64,000 nt of DNA from contig NMRA01000002.1 of assembly GCA_002633005.1 (NCBI GenBank), positions 1,212,077-1,276,076 on the forward strand. Direction: 5' to 3'. Positions 52,601 through 62,909 of the stretch are shown in pieces (position 1 is the stretch's first letter; every line of letters begins with the position of its first letter). A program made the translations under genes and the position numbers. The DNA is from Phoronis australis (lineage: Eukaryota > Animalia > Phoronida). The notes beneath the pieces were generated by a model. It did no database searches. It worked only from the letters and a program-made list of their open reading frames with translations, and was not told where the DNA came from.

Positions 52601-55600
52601 CTGCTTTCAGATTCAGTATATTCTTGTTATGTTTACTGGTAAATTAATATGCATAATTGTTTGTTAAATGTATGATTGTATAGTTGACAAATTTTCCAGT
52701 TGATTAGTATTCAGTTAGGAGTAGTTGCGTTCACATGACTCGTATAGAGCTGTTTGTGCTGCCGTGGGTTTTCATAGTGCAGAAAAGACTGGATTTGGAG
52801 CAGATTGGCTTGTAAATTCATAGAAAATTATCAGTTAAAAATACAGTGTTGGGAAGTAAAACTCAAGTTATTGTTTCAAATGAAAAGAATGAAAGGGTCT
52901 CTTGTTTCTTAATTTTAAACCTTTTCCCTACAGCTCGCTGAATTTGACAGAAGCCAGATAGGGCAGCAGTCATTGAACTGGACAACTGTGATCAACACAG
53001 GTCAAAAGTTAATGGCGTCTGTGAGCCGGCTGCTACAGTCCTACATTGGTGATATTGGACGAGTATTGAAGGACCTTGACCTTAGGGCTGTCTGGCACAG
53101 CCTGGGTGGCCTTGTGTTGCCTGGCAACAGCACTGCTGAGGAGAGCTTGAAGTAAGTGCACTGTGGTTGAACTACTAAGTGCACTTTATGGAATTACTGA
53201 CCTCCAGTGCACAGGGCTTATTACTAGATTCACTGCTGTATTGGACCGTTGTATTTAAGCCCATGCGCCTATATGTGAACCTGTACCTATATCCAGATTT
53301 AGGCGTTTGCGCCTATGAACAAAATTCTTAACTAAAACAAAGGAGCTGCTTTTTAATTTAGCTGTTAGTGGAGCTCGACTTATTTGTTGCTAAATGGTAG
53401 GTGTTAATATATTTTCAATGCACCATCAACAATTTGAATGAAAGTTCTGTAAAACTTGTCAAATTCGGACTCGTACAAGGTGGATTAGTGCTCAAGTTGG
53501 ACAAAGTAAAGCTCTACGCATAAATTAGAGTTCTTAAGTTAGATTTTCACACAACTGGGGTAAAATGTGCGCACTAGTTAACATTAAGTCTCTCATTTTT
53601 CCCTTACCGAACATCAGTCCATTGATAGGTTTTATCTGGGCTTGTTTTGGGGCAGGTTATTTTCCTGTTGGTCAGATGTGTCATGCACAAGTCAGATAGG
53701 TGTTATAAATTTTTCTTGTTGCAAATAGTGTTACTGAATTATTTCACTTTTAGTTTAATACTGCATGGTGTCCTCAATGTTGAAGTAACAACTTGATAAT
53801 TACTTTTTGTGCTGAGGTTAGCACTATTTGCTTACTTTCAGAGTTCTTCAGCAGACACTTATAAACAGTCTGCAGTCCCTGCAGTCCGTGCTAGAGCAGC
53901 AATCTGATTGGCCAGTGACAAGACGGGTATTCATAGTTGTCGACCTCTCGTTGGATGTACTTGAGGCTTCAACCAATTATGCATCAGGTTGGTGACATTG
54001 GCAGATTTTCAAATAATGTTCTAAATGATATTTGTTAGATGACGAAGATGGTTTCACCCTTAGGGTCTTGTCTATTGTGTTAATATTCTTTGGACATTAT
54101 TATAACCAAGTGAGTGTTTGATCCAGTCCTGGACAAAAGGTTACATTATGATTGATATATCAACTCTATATTTTCAGAAGGTAAATTTGCGTACTGCACT
54201 TTGTGTCTTGTATAACAGATATCAGCTAAGAATTGCCTGGTTCTACGCCTCGCCATTGTGTTCAGTTGTATTCAATTGGGAATCGAGTATCATTGGCGAT
54301 TCTATTCTTAAACCAATCCTTGTACAACTCAATATGCTGTGCAGGTTAAGATTCATTTAGATATCGAGTTGAGATCATAAAACTGCTGTACAATTATAAA
54401 AAGATGCCTATTCAAAATATGAGTTTGGGAGGTTAGTTTCTATTTTGACCTAGCTGCAGAATGATCCTTCCTGACCCCTGTCTAGTGACTTATCTCGCTT
54501 CCCCTTCAGATCTTCATCGTTACTTCTCCATATTCCTACACAACAGTACCATCCTACAGGACATGCTGGGCGCCCTGTCTGATATGGGGCCGCGCACTGC
54601 TGCTTCCATCATCAGTGCTCTCACTGAGCCCTCTAATGTACAGGTGAGAACTAGTCAACGTATCTCAGCTAATATCTCGCAAAGATAAGGTTGATACCTT
54701 TTACTTACTCTAGAGTGCATCATACCCTTAGTATTGGATATCACTCACTGACTACTCTTGTGTGTGCCATACCAACCCTGAATTTTGTTTTACTTGACGT
54801 GTATCATTCAAAGGTCTTCAGTATTCTACGTTGTGATCCAACGTAACATGGAATTCATTTCCTATATCTTAAGTATTGAAATTTTCGATGTTTATCTCGA
54901 TTGTTTTTGTAGAAAATACTGCAAGATCCTTCGCACTTGTCAAGAATCTTCTGCGACCAAGCTCTAGTTGGTGTCTTTTTCAAACTGCCCCCTGGTGTCA
55001 ACACGAAAGATGTCAAACATCACATGTGTAACCTTGACCTTACAGCATTGACCAATGAAATTCAGAAGTTGTCTAACATGACGCAACTCATCACAGCGGT
55101 ACATCTTGATCCAATTTTCTTGTATTGATTAGCTCTGCCGGTGGTCAGTATTGACTGGTTCTGGCAATGGTCACTACTGACTAGCTCTGGCAATGGTCCT
55201 TATTGACTAACTCTGGCGATGATAAGTATTGACTATAGGTCTAACAATGATTAGTATTGACTAGCTCTGGTGATGATTAGTATTGACTAGCTCTGGTGAT
55301 GATAAGTATTGACTATAGGTCTAACAATGATTAGTATTGACTGGCTCTGGTAATGATTAGTATTGACTAGCTCTGGCAATTAGTATTGACTAGCTCTGGT
55401 GATGATTAGTATTGACTAGCTCTGGTAATGATTAGTATTGACTAGCTCTGGCAATTAGTATTGACTAGCTCTGGCAATTAGTATTGACTAGCTCTGGTGA
55501 TGATTAGTATTGACTAGCTCTGGCAATTAGTATTGACTAGCTCTGGTGATGATTAGTATTGACTAGCTCTGGTGATGATTAGTATTGACTAGCTCTGGCC

Positions 55601-58015
55601 ATGATTAGCATTGACTAGGTGTGGCCATGATTAGCATTGACTAGGTCTGGCCATGATTAATATTGACTAGCTCTGGCGATGTTCAGTGTTGACTAGTTCT
55701 GGTGATGTTCAGTGTCGACTAGTTTTGGCGATAGTTAGTACTGATTAGCTGTGGTGATGGTTAGTATTGAGTGATAGTCAAAATGTTAGCTTTTAAAATG
55801 TTTTGAAAATGTTAGAGTGTGATAACTTGCAGACTCAAAAGGAAGTGCATACCTGCAGCTCTATAGAGGTAGTGTTTGTCGTTCTGCTTATTTCAGCTAT
55901 ATTGTGCAATATGGCAATGTAAGTGGGTATTTAATTAAACGATTATAATGCCATTTCGATCGAGTACCCTGAAGGTTTAAAGTTATTGGCGAATAAGCAG
56001 GCTAGAAGTCCGATTAAATTGATTTTGTTAAATTTTACACCTCAACATGAATCATGATCTTTCCTCTGTGTAGATAAAATCCTCAAACCTGTGAGTCCTC
56101 GCATTGCTAACAATAGTCACATCAAAGTTAATCGGAGGTCCGTAGAAAAATCTCATTTGCGCTTGTTATTAGAGAAATGCAAGTACATGACTTTGTCAAT
56201 TTGGGGATTTTTGTACCTGCATGAAAGATCAAGATTGATTTTGCTGTACATGCCAAGAATTGTGCGATGACACTTTCTTACCTCAAAATCCAACTGCTGC
56301 CTCAGGTGGCTTGGTAATTGCAACATTAAACAAATGTTCTAGGTTGTAAAAGGCACGATTTCCTTGTCCAATTTTCAATAATCAAAAACCTAATCGTGTG
56401 GTTTTCACAAACTATTCAAAAATGCTATTTATAAACTTTCAAAACAAAAAGTTAAGAATACTATTGTCACTCCTAATGTGTTTATGATGGTCTCATCAAG
56501 AGACCATGAACATCAGCAGCCGGAGGCGATTGGTTTAACCATAACAACATGGTGTCTTTGATTTGAGCGAGCAAATTCTGTGGTGCGCAAACCGGTCAAG
56601 TTGACCAATCTCAACCGGTTTGAGTGTCAACGTAGGATTCTTTTCATGATGACATTACAAAATGGTTAAATTTGAATCTAGGAGCCTTATTTGCCAAACT
56701 TGAGTTCAACAACATTAACTGAGAATGCACTATTTGATCAAGTTAGGTGTTAAGTTCCAGTTTATTTCTATTTTAGGTTGAAAACCTAATGCGTGTATCA
56801 GAGGCAGGCTTCTTAGACAAATCTGAGTTGGTGTCGAGAGCAGATTTGAAGACAATCGCTCAACGCACCAGTGATGTCATCTCCAAGCTTGTCCATGTTG
56901 TGACGTCCTATGTAGATAGTTCAAAGTCTGTGGTGTGGCCAGAAGTGAACATCAAATGGAATGCAACTATCTGGCAACAAGTGTGGGAGGATATTACAAA
57001 ACAACAGACAAACGCTTTGTAAGCTTGGTCAGATCTCACGGTCCCTGCATGCTTGGTCAAATCTCACTGTCCCGATAAGCTTCGTCAGATATCACTGTCC
57101 TGCTGATTTAATTACTTTGAAAGACAAAACCATACTTCACTTGTATGGTGGCATTGTACTTCGTTCAGGTTTTATGACTAATCTTTTCCCCAAATTTAAT
57201 GAGAATTTAAATAATTATATGTTACTTCATGTAAGGTGCATGTTAAGATTACAGTGAAAGTCATGCTATCATATTGACTTCTGAGGATGTCTGCCATTGC
57301 TTGCAACTGAATTCTCAGTTAGCCTCTGTCTGCTTGCTTTAAGCAGCTATTTATTCTTACTGAACACATTTCTCAGTGGTACACATTACTCTCATGGTTG
57401 TTTTAACTGTGTGAACCACTTTTTTACACTCTCTAGCATTGGTACATATTTATAACAAGACAATACTTTAAGCAGAGTTTTCTAAATGTTCTTCAAGCAA
57501 AATTTTCTAAAGGTTTTTTTGCCTGTCTAGGACTTAACAAACAAGCTACGTGGTGTATTTATACACTTTTTGTTGCACCAGTCTGTCTACTGTTGCAGAA
57601 TGTCTAACTTGATCACAGGAGTAGGCCCTGTCCTAGAGAACAGCACCTTGTGGACGACTGTTGGACCTTATGTGAAGAGTCTAAATGCAGTGTTGGAGCA
57701 CATTAACAGACAGGTGTTGAGTCAAGGTGATTATCTTTCTAACCAATCTTTACAAGATACATCAGTTAAAGATTAGGATAACCAGGCGCATCACTTGTGT
57801 TAGCACCCGGAGACGCCCAGCTTTTGACTAGGTCAAAGGTCGTAGTCCAGCTCATGATGACCAGTCGTTGTTTGTTTAAGCATGCCATGAAGTTTTGAGG
57901 TGCGGGTGTGTTAAGAAGTATAAATAGAGCGGCTTATCAATCATTTTGTTATGGATATGAACAGACCAAAGTGTAAACTGTTGATATGTTACTCTCTGTT
58001 GAGCTGTGCTGTGGA

Positions 58016-58064
<49 letters not shown>

Positions 58065-61000
58065 TTAGGGCTATGTGAAACTTCCTTGATAATTGTCTAC
58101 TTGACATTAAAAATGCTTCTGTGAACAATTTAGGCCATTGTCATCCTTTTGGGAATTTTATTTTCAAAAAAAGCAATGTCCAAACAATGCATAAAATTAT
58201 AGCTTCATTTTCCATTTCTATCCATAAAATTTCTTTAAACCTATTATTTATGCATCGAAGGCGAATTGATTGTGATGACCTCTTTTGATTTTGGTCATGT
58301 AGGAAATCTTTATTAGTTATTCTCAGGCCTTTTGATTTTTGATGCTTTTAACAGTGTTAAACATCTATTTCATTTTAGTGGATGAGTCAGTTAACAATGA
58401 AAATTGGCACACTTGTTGAATGGTGACCGTGTGGTCGAGGGAATTCGGTGTCTCAATCTTTTGATTTCCTTTCGCACAACAGAGATATCTGCTGTCAAAT
58501 GAATACTTGGGAGGCTGTTTTAAAAAGAGAGTTTGATGGCTGATATCCCTGTTGTTTGGTGGCTGATATCTCTGTTGTTTGAGGCTGATATCCCTGTTGT
58601 TTGAGGCTGATATCCCTGTCCCTGTTTTTTGAGGCTGATATCCCTGTTGTTTGAGGCTAAACCAATAATCTTGTCCCTGAGTAATGACTGCGCAAACAAG
58701 TCTCTTGCTGTTTGTGTTTTAAAGAAATTCTTGTTCAAGGCAAAAAAATACATTTTTCACCAAAATAGTGGTCACATGATTACAAACAAATCTGTGCTGT
58801 TTTAAAGCATTAGATTTTTGAGTCATCAAGAATTCATGAATTTTTTTGTTGAAAGAACTTGACAAAGTGTGGCAGTTACCTTAACTTCACGTTGTAGTAT
58901 TGACAGTTTATGGTGTTTTATCACGGTCACATATTCAACATTTGATAACGCATGATTTACTACTTGGGGTTATCATAGCCATTACAATGGTTGTCAGCAC
59001 CTGGCCTTTGTTTTTCATTGTTTTTTCTTGAAACTAAAACCATTATGACGTATGACGTTTCCACAACCTGGTGATGGTTGGTGACAGGTGTTTATGATTG
59101 TTATTCCTGTATCTTCACTCTGCTGTTACACTGTTAGAGCATCTCAATGAAGTGGCTTGAGTATCGTAAAATGATTACTTAATTAAAATTAAAAGAATTA
59201 TTGGGTTTACTTAATTTGAAAATTGACGATATTCAAAATTTGTGAAAAGATTCTCTTGAAATTTTATCTGAACATACATCATCTAATTGTCAGACTTTCG
59301 TTTAAAAGAAAAACACTGTTGTGTTTTGCCAGCTAGTGTTTGACCTGTTAATGGGAAAAGTTTGCGGCCGTCATCAATAAATGTTTAGTTGACAAAAAAT
59401 CTATCTTTATGAGAATTGCATCAAAAACTCAGAAGAGTGGAAAATGTATGAAAGATTGTTTTCTGGGTTTGGCCTATGGTGACCTACTTTAGTCACTGGT
59501 ATAACTTTTTTCCTGAAGAATTGTGTTCGTTTTTAAATGAAATGTTAGTGCATGCTCAGTTGAGGACAGTGTATTGTGAATGCACGCTGCTTGCGTTAAC
59601 AAATGTGCAACATGAACTTTTTTTTACTTGTTGCTTATCCAGCCCCGTCCCCAATTCTGGACCAGTTAATAAAGTACCTGAAGGACTATGGCATTGATTT
59701 TATCAAGGCACTCACTCAACTTGTTCAAAGTCCTGCCAAGGTAGGTTTCATATTTCGCAATACTACACTATTTGCTTAAGGGGTGATGTTTACCCAGTCA
59801 ATAGTCTTGTCTCAGACATGCTCTTGTGCCTTTGCTTATGCATGTAGTAGATTTATGTAAGTCTTTCAGCAATGATTACATCGTGTCATTAGTTACAAGG
59901 TGTTAACTACCATGTCCAAGGGGAAGCCTTAAAATTTAAACCTGCTCTTATTTGGGCAATAGTGTGATATAACGTGCCCATATTTTGAGAACCGTTTTGA
60001 TGTACGTTATTCAGTGGAGAAAACTGGTTCTCAAAATTCGGGCTAGTTATATCAGACCACTACCCTTATTTGTGACCCTCCTTCTGATGTTTTCTGCACT
60101 GTGAAATATTTATTTTTGGTCAAGCATTATTAAAACAAATACTTACGAACAGATTCTCATATCTGGATTATGAAAAATAATTTTTCCCATCATTTGAACT
60201 TATTTCACAATTCCAACAACATAATAAACTCGGCATTAATTGAAATACAGCAGAAAAATTGTGGCACAACATTGACACTATTTTGAAGTCAAATTGTGCA
60301 CTTATGCTGACATAAGAAAATCAGTGAAGCAGGAAAAATAATTAAAAGTCAAAACATAAAGCTGACATACAACAAAATTAATCCTATTTTGAAAAGGATT
60401 TCAATCATAAATTTAGTTAAAACTGGCGTTTCACTAACCCATTTAAATTTCACATTTTCGCAAGAGATGCTTTTGTTTAGGCGTCAGTAATAAAAAAAAT
60501 AACCTGACGACCCCAAGATTTTTTTTGCAAATTTGTGTTAGGCAAAGACCAAAATACAAAACATGATTCCAAATTTTTAAAAATTGATCCACAAATTAAA
60601 ACTGTCTCAATCCCTCTTAATTGTGAAAATATGGTCTAAAATCTTAAAGGACAACATTTATTGTGCTGTTTTTTTTAAATTTCATCTGCATGAAAACCAT
60701 TGGAGTTTTACCTCTACTAAAATAAGCAATTTGTACCTTTAATGATATGGCTAAGGTTTGCAGAAGAAAACAGCAACAATTCAAGAGAAATATAATTTTT
60801 ATACCTTCTTTCAAAGCAGGTTTTTGAAAAAGCAAGTCTAGCAGTAGCGGATCCAGGATATCACAAAGGGGGGCCACATTTTGTCTGTAAACATTTGCTC
60901 AAAGCACGATTGTAGATGCGCATAGCACCGAATGGGGGGAGGTCGGGCAAACCCCCTCCCGCCCAGGAAATTTTTCTGTTTTTTCCTCTAAAAATCGAGC

Positions 61001-62909
61001 TTTTTCCTTGATTACCGAAGTATTATTGAAGAAAAAAAGGCAAAAAAGAAGAAGGTGTCAACCAGGAAAAACTGCAAGTACCACATACTAGAACTCATGA
61101 CCTAGCGGATAGAGCGCACGTGCCTTACCACTGCACCAGATACTAAGAGACTTACTTGTTTATGGTCCATAGCATTTGCTCGTGAAACTCCGTCTCTTTG
61201 TAATGCTTATTACATGTTTTATATTTTGTGCAATCAGTTCCTAACAAATTTGTTGTATTTAAGATAGTCTTCAATTGCCCAAAAGACCAAATCCGTTTTT
61301 TGTGTTGGCAATAATGACGCGATTGCTTTGGAAATCATCTTGACAGAGAGAATTATGAGTTTCTGAGTGATTCACTAAGGCTTCAATTAAAATTGACATC
61401 TTACCAGCAGCTTCTGTTTTTTCACCATCACTCAGATTCCATTTTCTTTAAAAGATGAAGTAATTTTCTTAATTGCACAGTGTAGCAGACGACGGAAACG
61501 GAGTCGTAGTGCCCAGCGCCACTGCCGGTCGCCTGAGATATCACGGGAGAGCCTAGTATACTTAGCCATAGTTCCGTTACGATTGCGCCGTGTTCCGAAT
61601 TTGACACTTGAAATTGGATCTGAGCCCCCCCAAACATTAAAACTGCACACATTAAATTAAATCTTGTTTCATCCATATAATTTTAATTACTGGGGTTAAT
61701 TAATAAACTCAACATTTCCCTACGCTCTTGCTGTTTTATTTTTTTTGCGGCAGCAAAGGGGGTGCCGGGCCCCCCCTAAATCCACCTATGTCTAGTTAGG
61801 ATCAGCAACAATTATTAGATGAGTCTACCTATGCGCCATATGTGGACTAGAGCGTCTGCCCGGTTAGCAGAAAGTTCTGGGTTTGAACCCCAGTTGGGGC
61901 AGTGATCAAATCAGACATGATGGGACCAACATATAGTGTGAATGAAGGCTAATGATTCTTGCTAATATGGTATCAATGCGATGATTTTTAACAACTCAAT
62001 TTTAAGTATTAAGTACTTGAATGCTTAAATTTTAAGTGAAAATCTTTGTTTCACCATGCAGTGCCACCTATTGATTTTAAGTTCTACATTTTAGTTAGTT
62101 GTTGGTGAAAGTAATTGTTGTCTTTTGCCTTTAGACCAAAGAACTGTTCGCCCTCACACGAGACTTCAAACTTCTCTGTGATCCGGTCAACTTCCAGCGC
62201 TTGTTCCAGCTGCCACCATCTGTCCCTGTCAGCGATGTTCTTCAGTTTGCTTGTAATCTGAATGCATCTGTCATTGTTAACGAAATTCTTACTGTTTATG
62301 ACACATCTATAGTGACTGCTGAGGTAAGTGTCATGATACTGATGGCTTAGTCCGTGATTGGTCCCTTTATTAGTGTTGGTACATGTATTGGTATTGCTCC
62401 ATGTATTACCAGTGGTCAATGTATGACCATTGGTACATATACTACCATTGGTCTATTGGTTTATATATTACTATAATTGCTCCATGTTTAAGTCTTGACA
62501 GCGAATCAACAATTTCGTTAATTTAAACGGAGGGTATTCAAACATATAGGGACATCCCACTAGTGTGTGCATGACAGACATATGTTAGTGACCTTTAGAG
62601 CCAGCAGAAGCCAATTTATACATTGTGAAACATTGAATATGAGCATACGATATTTCCCCTCAATGATTCTTTTCTATTTCAGATCATGAGATACTTCAAT
62701 CACTCGTTACCTGATGGAACTGCTCGTGACTTTGACTGGGACAGACTGGTGCATACTCTGAATCAACTTCAGTTCAAAGCACCCCTCATGCTGACCAAAA
62801 ACCCATTTAGTCTGTTTGCCACACTTATGAGTGACTACACTAAGATCAGTTCAGCAGTCGATGGATTGTTTACAGCCATGCAAAACATGAGTTGGAATGG
62901 TTTTGAGAG
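31687..62909 (+). CDS. ABC transporter subfamily A (ABCA1/2/12/13-like lipid exporter), 5' partial, with a tandemly expanded first extracellular domain; continues beyond the window
   Basis: 18 exons: 31687-31752, 35419-35512, 37482-37611, 43285-43427, 44627-44757, 45337-45534, 45979-46187, 47342-47612, 50998-51210, 52934-53151, 53842-53987, 54510-54643, 54913-55098, 56777-57018, 57599-57726, 59643-59740, 62135-62323, 62683-62909. All are GT-AG, in frame and stop-free (3023 nt, ~1007 aa). The N-terminus MGWFSQLGLLLKKNVIQRLRHP|VLLIFEVIWPIAIFLAVAIVR...EC|VYNARAMPSAGLVPFIQTFVCNINNQC is diagnostic of ABCA. Confidence 0.93.
34719..34893. mobile_element. 175-bp non-autonomous DNA element (CAGGGGCGGAT...ATCCGCCACTG) with a 5-bp TSD
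   Basis: Terminal inverted repeats; ccgct duplicated at 34714-34718 and 34894-34898. Confidence 0.75.
37980..38530. mobile_element. MITE-like element with imperfect inverted ends
   Basis: ctgaatttcgccctgttt...gaaaatcgaattggg (37980-38085) is inverted relative to gatccaattcgattttc...aaacagggcgaaatgcag (38479-38527). Confidence 0.5.
38184..39516. repeat. ~430-bp direct duplication (38184-38639 / 39104-39516) flanking an insertion and an assembly N
   Basis: The copies are near-identical with small indels; copy 2 begins immediately after the N at 39103. Confidence 0.9.
38660..38915. mobile_element. Terminal segment of a DNA transposon, PIF/Harbinger-like (inferred), with dense subterminal palindromic aaaccaggttt/agacc motifs
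   Basis: Begins gccgatttcataaaggtggtttaaagttaaaccaggtttaaactggacttagaccaggttt and contains many repeated inverted motifs. Confidence 0.5.
42915..43005 (+). mobile_element. tRNA-derived SINE-like head
   Basis: A-box-like gtggctccgtagataaggcg followed by B-box GTTCAAATCC (42983-42992); no cloverleaf. Confidence 0.5.
44758..45105 (+). repeat. Degenerate ~32-bp G-rich repeat starting at the ABCA exon-5 donor; most units contain GAG|GTGAG
   Basis: gtgagaggttaggtggttgtgtac..., gatgaggtgaggggtgatgaggttgtgtatgggg..., gatgaggtgaggggtggtgtggttgtgtac... Confidence 0.75.
47945..48480. repeat. 29-31-bp satellite with higher-order structure
   Basis: Unit ~tgtatcatgtatctagtgtgaaaacatatac; a six-unit block at 48030-48211 is repeated at 48212-48391. 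Confidence 0.95.
51465..52060. repeat. ~43-bp degenerate minisatellite (aaccaacacagtgatatgttcagttttgtgtgacaactaatattg), ~13-14 copies
   Basis: Directly visible in ABCA intron 9. Confidence 0.92.
55125..55770. repeat. 24/21-bp minisatellite (gattagtattgactagctctggtgat), >25 copies
   Basis: Begins ~27 nt after the ABCA exon-13 donor; homogeneous core with decayed edges. Confidence 0.96.
57019..57103 (+). repeat. 3x ~28-bp repeat beginning at the ABCA exon-14 donor
   Basis: gtaagcttggtcagatctcacggtccctgc / atgcttggtcaaatctcactgtcccg / ataagcttcgtcagatatcactgtcctg. Confidence 0.85.
58018..58063. repeat. (GT)n microsatellite
   Basis: About 23 GT units. Confidence 0.98.
58533..58658. repeat. 22-bp minisatellite (gaggctgatatccctgttgttt), ~5 copies
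   Basis: Directly visible. Confidence 0.92.
59954..60065. mobile_element. 112-bp hairpin MITE-like element, GGG...CCC ends, flanked by ttattt
   Basis: gggcaatagtgtgatataac...ttttgagaaccgtttt is inverted relative to aaaactggttctcaaaa...gttatatcagaccactaccc; ttattt lies on both sides. Confidence 0.6.
60842..61790. mobile_element. 949-bp non-autonomous DNA element (CAGTAGCGGATCCAG...CTAAATCCACCTATG) with a 5-bp TSD; contains a tRNA-SINE-like head at ~61080-61140 (-)
   Basis: Imperfect TIRs of the same family as 34719-34893; tctag duplicated at 60837-60841 and 61791-61795. Internal - strand ggtgcagtggtaaggcac...ggtcatgagttctagt. Confidence 0.7.
61841..61902 (+). mobile_element. tRNA-derived SINE-like head, same family as 12893-12965
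   Basis: Sequence similarity between the two copies; B-box-like ggtttgaaccc. Confidence 0.6.

Noticed and set aside
47945-55770. Regularly spaced repeats as possible CRISPR arrays
   Set aside because: Head-to-tail units without unique spacers, eukaryotic intronic context, and no cas genes.
12893-61902. tRNA genes at ~12900, ~42950, ~61110 and ~61870
   Set aside because: Only degenerate A/B boxes; I could not fold acceptor or anticodon stems, so they are treated as SINE heads.
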